64,000 nucleotides of DNA from Tubiluchus corallicola (GCA_030141605.1 JAQGDQ010001047.1:1-64000); one strand, 5' to 3'; shown: positions 1 through 13,527, numbered from the stretch's first letter. The notes: a model not told the origin generated them from the sequence alone. Program-made: numbers and translations.

Positions 1-552
1 TTTAGCATGTTCTGAGATAGTTACAGTACAGAAACATGATTTGTAAAAGGTTGGATCGTTCTGATTTATCGGGACTGCAGTATAAGATATGAAAGCATAC
101 ACTTTTAAGGCACTTGGGCAAAGATGCTACACTAACATAATTTTGCCGAAAGATTCGCTTATTAAAAGTTGGATCTGGGGTTTCCAAGATAATAAGGTCC
201 CCGAACAATTAATTATCGGTTCGCACCCATCATTGTCTAAACAAGCTGCTACACCGAGCGCGCACACGGGAGCAGGATGAGTTTATTTAAAAGAGTAAGC
301 GTTCAGTAACAATCCGTGTGCGGCAAGCAAAACTCGCGTTACTGAACGCGCACACGAGCAAAACGCATACAACTGGATGTACCCAGATTTTACTTCATGT
401 TATGGTGGGGACAAGGAAGAAAATATGCACGTTCAAATATAACACAGCTAAAGCACCTGTGTCTCCTACTCTCACTTAAAACCGCTTCACAACTTGCATT
501 AACGTGCAAAACCGCATGAAAATGCGAATTTTACAAACGCAGCGAACAGCCC

Positions 553-835
553 TATATGAAATACCATCACACCAGTACGACAACATACACACTAATCCAG
601 AATTCATATACCCACGGCCATATTAATTAAATCATAGTTTTTTTTTCATTTTTTGTGCATAGTTGTAAATACGTTTGATTTTATTCGTCGTTACTTTCCA
701 TTACTGCACAGTAGTTTAGATTGCACTGACGCATTTGCCTTTAGCAGTGTAAGTTTTTATTAACTAACACTGATTGATCATCTCTGTAAAGTTTTTATCA
801 GTGATTATCAATGTATTTTAATGGCAAATAAAGAT

Positions 836-870
<35 letters not shown>
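553..870 (+). mobile_element. 3' end of a CR1/L2-like LINE, ending AATAAAGATTATTA(TA)n
   Basis: Near-identical inverted copy at about 59760-60045, where it continues into a WNSLP-containing ORF2 end. Confidence 0.75.
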
Positions 871-875
<5 letters not shown>

Positions 876-3800
876 GGTTGTTCTTTCAAATTTTTTTCAT
901 TCTCACCAAAGTCGCCTGAACGACCAACACTCTTATAACATTGTACGAGTACATTGTACACTGGAAATACCCAATGAAGTTAGTCTCATGAAAATGAAAC
1001 CAATTGAAAATAACTCGTGTATTGTACTGTGAAGAGAACGAAATAAAATAAACAGATTTCAATAAATCAAAAGGTAATTGGTTGAAATTTTCAGTAAATA
1101 TGGCGAAGATTACTCGCGGAGAGGTATTTTTCCATGATAGTACAACTTCGTAAATTATAACCTACACCGGTTCTCCTTTTTAGGCATTTATAGGCCTTGC
1201 CACCACCTCATGGAGCCGCAGAAATAGATACCTGTTTTTTAAAAGCATACTAACTCCAGTTAACCCATTAGTAAGTTAAACAGCTTTGCAACAAAAGAAG
1301 AACGCGTGCCCATCTTACTATTTGCAGACTTGACAACCCGTGTGTTGGAAAAATAGCTTTTTTTGTAATTTACAGCAAAAAAACGTGTACATTTATTGAA
1401 AAAATTGCTCCACTACATTGTTTTTATATTACGATCTGCTTTTGCAAGTTTGCAACTCAAATTTGAGCCCCAGCCACTGTCTGGAATATTCAAAAAAGCA
1501 ACAAAAAATTTGCCTAAGTCTATTTAATTTCTAATTTACTGAGCCTGTCTTCTTGAGGAAATTAATGCGACTCTCTAGATGGTTACTATGGAAGAACACT
1601 TGCGGGCACTATACCAGTTTTAGTCAATATTTTACAACCAAGACGAGAAACAATCGAAGTAGCTACAGCATTTTTCAATTTCTGACGTTGCACGAAATTT
1701 GCACCTGTAAAAGTCATCAAAGATTAAAGTTAAAAACGTAGAAAAAATGTCGCACCGTTTTTTCCCGTCCGCGTTCTGTGTGATCCTCGCCTCCATGTCT
1801 TCGTTGAAGTCACTTTATTTTTTAATTCTGAGTAAAGCCTTGGTTATTGCTTGTGCACTAATGTATTGACGACTTGTTCGATCTATTATGGTAACACTGA
1901 ACGACTTTCGTTCTTCGCTAAGCACTGTAACCGTGTGCATTATTTACAATGCCTCAGTGCTGGCAATCCAATAAATAATAGCAACCTAGAAAAACAATAC
2001 TAAATATTATTAAAAAAATCATGTTATCAACGCGGCACAAGATTTAGAGTCTGAGTGTCTAGATCATTAACACCAGATACGGAATCGTGAAAATGACATT
2101 AATATATATATATATTAATTCTTTATTTGTCATAAAAAAAACGGCTCACTCATTACAATAAAATTGAGCTAGCCTCAGCGCAATGTTAAAACAACCACAC
2201 TGTTCAAGACAAATGCGTCCAGTGCATACTAAAAAAAACTAAAGTGCAAAACTATATACAATAAATGAACATATTTACAAACACCATATTAAAATATTTT
2301 TACAAAACAATTATACGAAAGTACATTAAATTTTACATGACATAGTGTACACTATTTATACATTTAACATTACGAAACACGAAACTAACATAACACGTAT
2401 TACATTACATAATTTTTTTAAAAAAAAAATCATTTTTAATCGTTATATGGAGTCAGGGGCGGGGGTAGATGAAAGTGGAGTCTGTGTAATTAGTATCAGA
2501 TGCACAATGTGGAAGTTGAAACCTGTTATATTGATATTCTTTTAATTTCTTTTTAAATTCAACAGACTTTGTACAAATACAACGCGAATGGTTTAAAACG
2601 AAAACGGACATTGACATGGACAAAATTCAGGTATAGTGAAATTTACCTAAAGTTGATAATTAAAATAAACATTTCGGGTAGTGTATTTCACGTATGTTGT
2701 AAAGAAAAATGAGCAAATGTGGAAATTTGGATGAAAATGTGGATAAAAGAATAAATTATGCCTGGAAAAAGAGCGCAGCCGCAGAACTGTAATTTATCAC
2801 GTGACACGTGTGCTTCCCTTAGTAGAGGGAAGATTCTACTTCAGAAAAGATGGAACTTCTTACCTTCTTATAAAGCCCGGGATTGTCCTACTCCAAACCG
2901 TTATTACTCCCACGTTAATACATAGCAGCACTGGTGGCAGGTGTAAAACATGTGATATCACGCAGGTACCTGTAAGTCAGCACGTAAGAAATACTTGTGT
3001 TATTCATCCCCCGAGTATCACGCTACATGACTGAGGTGGCACATTCAGTTTAGACACGTCTCGCTTGGCTGGACAAAATCACATGCGTCGTTAGCATTGA
3101 TAGTACAACGACACAACGATACAGTTCCAACGTGAATTCCTCGTTTATTTAGTGACTGTAAGTTCGAAGAAGGATATACAGTCGTTTTCGCCTTTTTTCG
3201 TCGCAGTTCGCTGGAACAATTCGCTTCCCCTTACCAAATTCAAGTTCTGTGAATGTACTTGTTCAAGGTTGAAAGGAGGGGTGGCAGAGTTGGAACCGAT
3301 TTCACCATGGCATTTCTCTGAACTTAGGCTTTTATTGATTTTGGATACTCTGTCTACCCTTGGATTAGGTTGAAATATGAAGTTGGAACCGTACATAGGC
3401 CTGCTTGGACATGCGCTAGGTGGCTGTATAATCTCGTTTAGGTTTAATAATGCAATAAACCGACGCATTAACTTTGCATACGCCCACTAAGTGTACACAA
3501 CAGGCTCTCTATCACCATCTTTCGTATAATCCTTGTAGAAGTATCATGTTCCAAATAGATTTAAATGTTTAGTTATTTAATTTAATACGTGACGTAAAAA
3601 TGCGGCACGATAATCAAACAGAACACATCCTTCAGAAAAAGTACTCAAGTACAGGACGCTTTTGTCCAGTGAGATAGTCTAAGTAGCTCGCACTCTTGAG
3701 ATGTTTAAATACACCGATTAAACTGAGATGTTTATTATAATCAAACTTACTCAGTTCGAGGTCTAGTGGTTTATAGACTGAGAGTTCAAACTACGCAAGT

Positions 3801-4935
3801 GCTACTGTTATGTACAATCGTCCTTGAGCAAGCACCTAGTTTTACAACAATCTGGTTATAATACGAAGAAGGGTGCCCAGCGAAATATTTTACATGTATA
3901 GTCACAAGCGCGACTGCCATTAGTAGTAATGAATCTGCTAATTGGGAAGTGAAGTGGAATCAGGAGTGTATTTACCAATGAGCTAACTAGGCTGTAGCCT
4001 AGTGTGCCGAATTTTGAAGTGCCAGTGCTAAAAAATTCTTGCTCTCCTGGGAAAATGTATATCCTTTTATATTCATATAAAGCGCGTGTATAATAACACA
4101 CCACAAGCAGTTACTCAGTCCGCTTTTATATGAGCGCTATTTAACAAACTATTACAATTAGTACATAAAAGCAGTACACCACAAACGGTTAATACCCAAC
4201 TTCTAAGTAATGGTGCTACTAATACACCACTAGTAGTTGCTTTTTGTGCTCCCTATATGAATTACCACAAAGCAGGAGTGAATTACTGTCATAATACGCG
4301 TCTGCTTGGAATGAAACGACTAGAGAATTTGCTACAAGGTTAATAATTTTGCTGTTTAGTGATTGTTTCTATTTAAAGTTTTTTTTCTACGAAAATATTA
4401 ACACATTAAAATTTAATGGATTTTTACATTTTATTACATATAGTTCAGACATACACAGGCCATGACTATCTTTTTTCTCAAGTTCAATAGGAATGTTAGT
4501 TAGTATATATATATAATAACATAAGAAGCAGAATAAACTCATATGATTAATTAACAACATAATTATAATATACACAACGCCAAATAACAATTATTAATAT
4601 TAACTAACTACAGATCTGCCTGTACAGATTAAGTTGTTTTGAAAATAATGACTTTTCAAAACTAACCCACCTCCATATAGTAACTAAACTACAAGAGCTG
4701 TAAATAGACCGAACAGCTTAAAAACATTCTCAAACTAAAAAACTCTTTGGCTCCACAGATGAGATAAGGGCCTAGCTGTTTTCACACAACACAATTTCAT
4801 TTTAAACAAGCTCAGTATCACAATGATGCATTAGACATTTTCCCTCTATTGAGTTTTAAATCCTGACATTAAAATAGCATAGCAATTGGCTTTGGCATAG
4901 CAATTAAAATAATAATTATGTTTTCTGTAACCTAC

Positions 4936-5510
4936 TAATGTTGTACTACATGGCTGTTAAATGGGACTGGTAGGGTTGCCAGGTAATGTTGTACTACATG
5001 ACTGTTAAATGGGATTGGTAGGGTTGCCAGGTAATGTTGTACTACATGGCTGTTAAATGGGATTGGTAGGGTTGCCAGCTAATGTTGTACTGCATGGCTG
5101 TTAAATGGGATTGGTAGGGTTGCCAGGTAATGTTGTACTACATGGCTGTTAAATGGGATTGGTAGGGTTGCCAGCTAATGTTGTACTACATGGCTGTTAA
5201 ATGGGATTGGTAGGGTTGCCAGCTAATGTTGTACTACATGGCTGTTAAATGGGATTGGTAGGGTTGCCAGCTAATGTTGTACTACATGGCTGTTAAATGG
5301 GATTGGTAGGGTTGCCAGCTAATGTTGTACTGCATGACTGTTAAATGGGATTGGTAGGGTTGCCAGCTAATGTTGTACTGCATGACTGTTAAATGGGATT
5401 GGTAGGGTTGCCAGCTAATGTTGTATTACATGGCTGTTAAATGGGATTGGTAGAGTTGCCAGCTAATGTTGTACTACATGACTCATAAATGGGATTGGTA
5501 GGGTTGCCAG
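4936..5510. repeat. 48-bp minisatellite, about 12 copies
   Basis: Unit TAATGTTGTACTACATGGCTGTTAAATGGGATTGGTAGGGTTGCCAGC; starts at 4936, 4984 and so on. Confidence 0.97.
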
Positions 5511-6113
5511 GAGCGTAACTTATCCAGTGCTGCCGCTTTTTTCAAGCGTTGGCAACACAGTCTCTCAGCATCCACTTTCATTTTAGAGACGGGATATCGG
5601 CTAAAATTTACCCGCTACGATATCTGATATACACTGTATATGCATATACACCTAAGTGTATGCATACATATCAGTATTGCGGGACTTTTATTTACAAAAA
5701 CAATATGGCTGCCGCAACAGAGTGTCTCGCAGGGAACGGCATTGATACAAACCAAATTTGGTGATTGTTCTTCTCCACACATTCAGTATTTCAGTCACAT
5801 AATTGGTTTACTGTAGAGTCCATCAATTTGATCTAGCTATTGTTCGATTTAGTTTCCAATTTTACACAAAATACGACATAATATCATTAAAAAAGCATTT
5901 TGAACAAAACACATTTTTCAGTTGTGCAGCTGAGCTGAAATTTTTTTATATATTTAACTAATGAATTTACTACAATACACTTAATCATTGAAATAGTACA
6001 CTTTATTTACTAACGCTAAACAATTCTTTAAATTAGCCTTCTGCTTTGCGATATTAGACGTTATGTTAACTGAAATTTGCTAAAAAGAACGATAACCCAG
6101 ACGGTTTATTATG

Positions 6114-6330
6114 ACCAGACGATTTAGTCTAGTGGTAATGCGTCTGCTTTCCGTCTGGGAGGTCGCGAGTTCGAACCAGCGGCCGGGTCATACCAAAGAC
6201 TTTAAAAATGGTACCTACTGTTGCCCTGCCTGACGCGTGGTACTTAGGGTAAAAGTGGGGTAATAATAGTCTCTGTTATGTGGTTGTATTTTAAGCCGAC
6301 TTTAAATAAAGATTATTATTATTATTATTA
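6114..6330 (+). mobile_element. tRNA-derived SINE, copy 1 (internally shortened)
   Basis: Box A TAGTCTAGTGG, box B GTTCGAACC, core GGTCATACCAAAGACTTTAAAAATGGTACC, tail AATAAAG(ATT)n; homologous to copies at 24700 and 55507. Confidence 0.85.
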
Positions 6331-7114
6331 AAACCATTTTAAGGAAAGAGACAGATGGCTCAATATCACACCAACTAAACTGCAGCAAATGAGTAATAAC
6401 TATTGGACATGATGATTAATCTTACATTAGCAGGCCACTCTATGTGTGTGATATCGGTAGTCTACAGCATTTTTCTCAAACTACCCCATTAAATTCACAA
6501 ATAAAATCTGCAAATTAGTCTAATAAATTGCAACGAGGTTTTGACATCTTCAACACGTTTTATCTAATCTAAATCAGTGAAAATATTTACATAAAGTGAT
6601 TTTATTAAGTTTATTAGTCCTTCGAGCAAGTTTAAGAACCACTTGCTGGTTTCCTAAAATGAGTTTTTTTTTGTTTGCTGTTTTTGAAATGCTGGTGTTT
6701 TTCTTGCAAATAGTTTATTGCATTCGCCAGGCACAAATACAAGCCTCCCCCTCCCATTGCCAAAAATACACACACGAGGGCAGTTTTTTTGGCCTGCGCC
6801 TCTACATATTTTTAGGATTAACAATTCTGCCTGGCTATGCTGGAAAATTTTTCACTTTTAAAACAGACAACAAGCAAAATGAGTAAGTGTAATGGATTAA
6901 ATTTGAATCAAGTTATTTACATGAAAATTTCTAATTGTGGTAGAGACGAGTGGAAGAAAAATGACAGTTCAAAATCGGGCCACGCCAGTTTCAGTTTGCA
7001 GAAAATTTTTTCCGTCCCTTTTGTAAAATCTAATCTCTAATCATCTGAAGCTACAACCTCAAAATAAGTTAATTTTTTCATTCTATTAACGAGTTTTTCA
7101 TGAAGTGAAGTGAT

Positions 7115-7276
7115 TCAGAGAATAGGGATGTAGCTGTCAATCTTTGCCCGATGTCGTTGCGCAACGCACTCGGCAATCCACACGATGTTTCGACACTCTT
7201 GTTCCTTCAGCTTGACATAAGCAAAGAAAACTCCGAAATGGAATTGTTGAAGGAATGCGTATACATTTAGCTTCAC
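7115..7276 (-). CDS. ATP6V0D1: V-ATPase subunit d exon 8 (terminal)
   Basis: cag|[53 protein letters not shown]. Confidence 0.96.
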   Translation of the reverse strand: MKLNVYAFLQQFHFGVFFAYVKLKEQECRNIVWIAECVAQRHRAKIDSYIPIL

Positions 7277-7323
7277 CTGAAACACAACAACACTTACGAT
7301 GAGAAGATTACCGACATCCCATC

Positions 7324-7804
7324 CAGGGATGAGAATGACAAATTGCAAAAGACTCTGAAACAGGTCGGGGGTTTTGTGGCATGGAGCCAACAACAAATTG
7401 ATATTTTGTGACCATAGAGAGCCTCTAAGTGGACATAAAATATCAATTACCTTGTTTCATGCATAATTTAAAATACCCAACTGTCAAGGATACATGATAC
7501 CTAATTGTCTCAAAAACGTCTAAGTACTGGCTGCTCCTGTGCAAAAGTATATAAAAACTGTCTGCAATTGATTCAAATAACTCCGCACAATTGATTCTAT
7601 ATTTTTATACATAGAGATATACACGTGGTTACACTGACGTACGTGATGTAAACAAAGTGACGGCCTGCCAACTAGCGGTCAGTTTGTGAAATTATGTACT
7701 GGGTCTGTAAAAATTTTCTTAACGAATTTACGTGATCAAAAATGGCACTACTAGTCTTCCAAAAACTCAGAATTCTGTGTATCCGCGGAAAATTCTCATC
7801 CCTG
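7324..7804. mobile_element. hAT-like MITE family A, copy 1
   Basis: TIR CAGGGATGAGAAT...ATTCTCATCCCTG; 8-bp TSD ATCCCATC/CTCCCATC (7 of 8); further copies at 14835, 32137 and about 42030. Confidence 0.88.
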
Positions 7805-7846
7805 CTCCCATCAGAAAATTTTGTACGTAAAATTGTAAAATTCACA

Positions 7847-8643
7847 CAGGGCCGGATTATGAACTTTTATGGCCCTTAGGTTAATGAAATTATGCGTCCC
7901 CCTCAGAAGACGCCACCCCTCTAAATTTGCTCACACTTGTCTCGAATATTTTTTACTTGTGTATATATTTTAGCAAAATTTGCATGGCTGGGACCCAATA
8001 TTTGAAATAAAGGGCTTCAAAGACGCCCTCTATCTCAAACAAGGGCCCTTTGTCTCAAATAAAAGGCTGTGGAAGTTGATATTGTACGTTGTAGTTAGGT
8101 GCTGCCATCTATGTGCTAATCCTGTTACATTCTACCAGTTGACTTACCTTCAGTATAATTGTATGGTCCAGTGAATACATACACACTGGTCCCTCTCCCT
8201 ATCGTAAATTAACGGTTGTTGTGAAGCCTGTGCAAGTCTGCATAGCTCAAGTTCTATACCTGTATACTGGCCGTGAAACAGGTTTTACTGACTGTTTTTT
8301 GGATACTAGTTTTGCTCAATGTTCAGTGCAGCAGTTTTCCTATTCATGTTTCCATAGTTCAATAAACACTTTTCTGTTGTGTGCAGTGCAAATATTTATT
8401 ATAGGTGCTTTATTCCTATCCATAGTTTTCTGTGTCTAAACTCAAGTGACTGAACAACAACTTCAAAAATGACTTTTACAAAGGCCTTAAACACGGAACC
8501 TTTATCTCAAATGAGGAGCCATTTTGAAATTGGATTTTCAGAATTCCTGGCCTCTCTTTTTTTAAAGCCAGGAATGCAAAGTACGGCCTCCTCAAGGGTC
8601 CTAAGCTGCAGCGTATATTAGCCTATAGGGTAATCCGGCCCTG
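7847..8643. mobile_element. hAT-like non-autonomous element
   Basis: TIR CAGGGCCGGATTA...TAATCCGGCCCTG; TSD degenerate. Confidence 0.7.
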
Positions 8644-8920
8644 GATAAACACGAGCATTCAGGAGAAAAAGGTTAGATGACAAATTGGTGGGCTCTAACA
8701 GAATAGCTCTACGGAAAGATATAGTAATTAGAAATCTCAGGAACACATGTCAACCGTCACACGGAAGCCTTTTACTGGCAATAGGATAAGTAGCTTCAGA
8801 GAAACAATGCAAACTGTTCGCATGGACGTATGCAAAATGAACGTACGCGTTTCCACCACAACAGTTATTTCATCATTGGGAGCAGGGCGGAGAGGAGAGG
8901 TTTAAAAAGATAGAGGTTAC

Positions 8921-8998
8921 CTCGTGTTCAAAGAACTTGTCTTCCAGAGTTTTATCGCCCGGATTGTTCCCCGCTCCCTCAAATAATACCTTGTATTG
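8921..8998 (-). CDS. ATP6V0D1: V-ATPase subunit d exon 7
   Basis: acag|[26 protein letters not shown]|gtaac. Confidence 0.95.
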
Positions 8999-9291
8999 CT
9001 GTAATAAAAAATTTCAAATGATAGTGTTATAAATAAGTGTTATTTATATATAATTATTTCAAATGATTGTGTTAAAAATATACTACGCTATGTTGCACTT
9101 TTTTAACATCAATACAAAAACAATTTATTGGCTCTAGTTCTTATTCGCAAAAATTAGTTGTTGTTCTCAGTCGTCACTAGTGTCTCAGAATTTTATTGTA
9201 ATAAAATAATATTAAAGTAATAAATAATAGAGTAATAAGTAATATATTAATAATATTATAATTATTATTATAGTAGTATCATAATAAAGTA

Positions 9292-9615
9292 CAGTCGACT
9301 CTCGTTAAACCTGACCCCTTTAGCCCGGATATCAGACAAGACGGACAGCATTCGTGGTAAAGGAAACTGACCGATTTCCGCCCGAGCCGGAGCGCTAAAC
9401 ACAACACGACCTACCAATTGTACAATAATTTCTTTATCCTCACAGGTTAACTATTTTAAAGTAATATACAGTATAGTATATAGTGCAATGTATATAGGCC
9501 TTATTAAGGTGATTATTCCTGTATAATATAGACCATATATAGGCATATCGGATAAATCGGACAATCAGCTAAACCGGACCCCCCCCCAATTAGTCTGGTT
9601 TAACGAGGGTGACTG
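9292..9615. mobile_element. Tc1/mariner (pogo/Tigger-like) MITE
   Basis: TA|CAGTCGACTCTCGTTAAACC...GGTTTAACGAGGGTGACTG|TA, imperfect TIRs with TA TSD. Confidence 0.8.
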
Positions 9616-10188
9616 TAATAATAAATAATGAGTAATAAATAAGTAATAATACACAAAGATTGGCTTATCTACACATCAAAAATAAATTACTAGTGGTAGA
9701 CTAACTGATGAAGTGGTGACAGCGCACAAGAAAATCCCACAATTAGACTGTGAACTATCAGCCATTTTAATAGTTTAACAAGTTAAGCAATGCTGTAAAG
9801 TAGCTGGATAAGTGATTCCAGGAGTCTGTGCCGAACGCTCTTTGAAAGGTCTCCAAAACCTGTATAGGGGATGGAATGCAATAATCTCGTCGATTGGCTA
9901 AAAGGAGGGTAACCGTGGTGACGACTGACTATAAACACAATTCAAACACGCTCATCTTTTTTCCAAATCCTGATTTGGTTCACAACAGTTTAGCATCTCC
10001 CTTCTTCCTTAATTATCAGCCTCCTGGTTTTAACAGCTACAGTTATTTGTTGAATTGTGACAACCAATCAAACAGCTAATAAAAGTCTTCTCCATTAGAC
10101 ATGCAAAAGAGTTCATAATATCAGAAACATATCCGCTCTCACCAAAAAACGAAATGGCTCTTAAAAAGATGAAAAGTAAAGAACTCAC

Positions 10189-10365
10189 GGCATAGTAGTC
10201 GGCAACCGCTCGCACTTGTTCATACTCGTCGGCTCTAGCAAGTGCGGCTAATCCGTCGGGATGCAGCTTACCGCAACGAGGATACAACTTTGCACGGTCG
10301 TCTTTCGTCAACTCGGTGCCAAATGAGTTGATGGTGATGATGAAAGCTCTTCTGTCTGCCTCAAA
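10189..10365 (-). CDS. ATP6V0D1: V-ATPase subunit d exon 6
   Basis: ccag|[59 protein letters not shown]|gtgagt. Confidence 0.96.
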
Positions 10366-10449
10366 CTGGAAGGAGATGCCAAATTGCACGAATTTAAATC
10401 ATTAGTAAATCGTATTTGTAGTTGACAGTCTTGTAACAATGATTTAGAA

Positions 10450-11325
10450 CAGTGGTTCTTCAGCTTCCCAAGGCACCAGATTTTGAAATTCCATCCTGTA
10501 AACCTCAGCACACAAAACAAAAGGAAAGCGTTGAATTTTTGAGTCAAATTTAAACAGTCACTGTTAAATTAATTAGCTGGTGCAATTAATTAACTGCTTA
10601 TTAGCACAGACTCGTGAAAATATAGAAAATATCATTAAAGCGAAATCATTTTAATGCGACCTTTGCTCTTGCTTTTCTTTGATAATTAACGACTTGTGCA
10701 AACAAACGGTAAAGAAGCCCAGTGAGATTCTGACAACATCAAACAACAGGAAATTATGAAAGAATGGATGATGAAGAATACGATTGAAAAATGTTATTTT
10801 TCTCGACCCTTTCCTCACACCCCAGCTAGGGCCTCCGATTTGCCGTGATTGGGGAAAATGAACAGAATTCACGGAAATGGGCAACTGTAACGGAAATGGC
10901 TAAAAAAAGCGAAATTTCTGACTTTTCTGCATATTTAATGCATACTGGAGACGGAATGTTCTTCACATGTTTCTTTCCGCCAAAACTAAGCAGTTTTTCA
11001 GTCGTTGGCGACCTTAATAGAAGTTCTTCGCCGAGTTTTATTTTTTATGCAACTTGCGTTCCTACGTTCACTTTGTTTTTACATTAAATATGGGAAATCC
11101 TTCCTAGCGTGAGCTTGCAGCGAATAGCAGTACAATTTGTGGAAAGCTTTCCCCTATTCACACAAACAGAGCCAGGGAATTTTCCGGTGATTTGTACAAA
11201 CATGCTAGGATTTTCTGCTGTAACTTCTGAGTACGAATTAAACGTTGGCATTAAACTGGTCCCTACCTTAGGAACTAAATCACACACCCCCCGAGGGCCC
11301 CTGCACCCCAGGTTAAGAACCACTG
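10450..11325. mobile_element. hAT-Charlie-like non-autonomous element
   Basis: TIR CAGTGGTTCTT...AAGAACCACTG; TSD ATTTAGAA/ATCTAGAA (7 of 8), fitting the NTCTAGAN Charlie preference. Confidence 0.8.
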
Positions 11326-11373
11326 ATCTAGAATCTAGTTGCTGATGCTGATTAAAAGCAACCTAAAACTTAC

Positions 11374-11451
11374 TGCAAGAATTTCACACATGACTTCGGC
11401 AGTGGCGCCACCAAGTTCTTTGCAATACCTGTAGAAATCTTCTAAGTACGC
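11374..11451 (-). CDS. ATP6V0D1: V-ATPase subunit d exon 5
   Basis: cag|[26 protein letters not shown]|gtaagt. Confidence 0.95.
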
Positions 11452-11648
11452 CTGAAAGAAAGGTAAGCAAGTTATTGTATTACCTGACAGTTCCAATCAA
11501 AGGCGACTTGCCTCCTTTGTGCCCTTTTCATAACAGCATAAAGAACGATGCAAATCTTGATGCGCACAAAATTTTGAATCACTTGTGGTAGCAAAAATAA
11601 TATCAAGGGTATGTTAAATTGATAATTATTGAAAATGTGTAATCACTT

Positions 11649-11790
11649 AATTCAATTCAATTCAATTTATTTATTAACTCTGCAAGAATTATCAAAATAC
11701 AGTATTAGGAATACATGCAATTTTATGTAACAAAGGAGAAGAGCAGCGAAGAACCCGTAGGTTATCTAGTCAGCCACCCTCAAATAGCTA
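11649..11790 (-). mobile_element. Retroposon 3' end with (TTGAA)n tail; second copy at about 13716-13830
   Basis: Both copies read (aattc)n-tttatt followed by a shared gagaag.ag.agcgaa..acc...ggt segment. Confidence 0.55.
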
Positions 11791-12019
11791 GGATTAAATA
11801 AAATTAATTTTGGCACCATTCTCAATTTAAATTTGAATTCTGTTGACATGTGTAATTGGCAATTAAATGACGGGAAACAGTGTCAAACAAGTATAATACT
11901 AAAAAAAAACCTGTGTAAAGTTTCAAATGCATCAAGCAAGCGTCAGCATGATCATTAATTTCGAAGGCAGTGCCAATTTTACTAGACGAAAATTACTTTT
12001 GCTCGTGTGGTACAGTTAA

Positions 12020-12360
12020 AATGCAAGAAAACCCTCCACTTACATAAAGCTCAAAAAATTTGTCTCGAAATTTTATGCCACTTATATACTACCTTTTCGT
12101 ATGCATGGCTTGCATCGGCTGTGACACTGTATAAAATGTGTAAATTTAAACTCCAGCGATGACCGTTAGGCGCAGCCATTTTAATGGTATGTCGTTTGAA
12201 ACAAGTTTTGATAACATTAAGTAAAGTTTGAAAAAATAATCAGAGCATTTGTAACATACACGTTGCTAATTAAGTAAAATTTTAAATTACTGTATCTTGT
12301 CAATAAGAATAAAAATATGTTTTTGGCTAGTGAGTGGCGTACCCTGGAGGGTGAGTCAGC
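12020..12360. repeat. Dispersed repeat; inverted copy at about 41237-41575 and a fragment near 59640
   Basis: aaaaccctccacttacataaagc...gcgatgaccgttag.cgcagccatttt...accctggagggtgagtca matches the reverse complement in NAPG intron 1. Confidence 0.8.
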
Positions 12361-12733
12361 GACATTTATCAATTGGCACAAACATTTTAAATTATTAGTC
12401 TAGTTACATAAGTCTTTCCAGCAGGTTTGTGAAATGCTAAGTAATATAGATTTGCATGGAAAGTTTTTTGGGTCATAATTTAACATTGTGTTTTCTTCCC
12501 GTGATTTACGTGGCGTAGTGATGCCATGTAATGGTGCGGTCGCAACAGTTTTGCGGGAGATTTAAAATGAAAACAAACGAAAATTCCTTTCAACGCGATA
12601 TACGATACATGCATAAAATTGTTGTAAAGTAGTATAATGTTTTAATGCGATTTTTCTGAAACTTACTTCAGGCGCCCCTTTTCTTGTCCTCTAAGGAAAA
12701 TAGCAAATGACAAACGTGAATTAAGTTAAGTAC

Positions 12734-12813
12734 CTTGTATAAAGTGTTACGAATGATCTCTATGTTCATCTCATCCAGATCCTGCTCAGATATGCAGTCG
12801 ACAAAAAATGGAG
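12734..12813 (-). CDS. ATP6V0D1: V-ATPase subunit d exon 4
   Basis: ttttaag|..[26 protein letters not shown]|gtactt. Confidence 0.95.
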
Positions 12814-12996
12814 CTTAAAAATGAGAGTGAAAATGAGTTAAACTTGCAACTGTCATGTCAGAATCTTTGTAACTCATAGCTAAACATTAGAATATGTTCC
12901 ACAGGGTAACACATCGAATGTTAACTCATTAAACGGTCTGTGAAAAGCAGCTAGAGTTTCAAAATAAAACCACCAGCCACGCAGGCAAGTGATTAA

Positions 12997-13527
12997 AGGA
13001 AGACCGGACGATTGTTTAGACTCAATCTCATTTTAATTTACTGTCCAAAATATACATTTTCTTGCCTGTAAAAGTTAGCAATTGTTTCTTATAATTGAAT
13101 CATTAGCTTAGGAAGTTAGTTAACGGCAATCAAACACAGCTATTGCTTACGTAAGAAACTAACCACAGTTTGTGCAATGGCAGGCATCCTCCCTTGCACG
13201 TCAAGCACATTTACATAAGCGTTACAGTACTGTTTAAACGTGTGATGTCACGAAAAATGGGCTTTACATCATATGACGTCATGAAATTAACACATTAACA
13301 AGTTATCACTGTACCGCCTTCTATTTGTCGACCACGCGAATGTGACAAAAAGGTGACGCTGCCAATCTTAGTAGATTCACTGAGCTTTGAAAGTTTAATG
13401 AAATTTGAATATCTGAGGTAATTATTATTTAGTCTAAGCTTTGATTTAAAATAAGCTATTGTAGTTTTCAATATTTTAGAGCATGCGTCATTCTGAACTC
13501 GTGTTTACACAATCATCCGGGTTTCCT
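12997..13527. mobile_element. Kolobok-like MITE; partial second copy at 17208-17370
   Basis: TTAA|AGGAAGACCGGACGATTGTTTAGAC...GTTTACACAATCATCCGGGTTTCCT|TTAA; TTAA TSD with RR terminus. Confidence 0.78.

Noticed and set aside
2-280. ORFs at the left edge as part of a neighbouring gene
   Set aside because: No recognisable homology or convincing splice boundaries; not callable without the adjacent sequence.
6114-6190. tRNA genes at the SINE heads (also 24700, 55507, 63655-63731)
   Set aside because: A and B boxes are present, but there is no clean cloverleaf or acceptor stem, and each runs into a shared SINE core.
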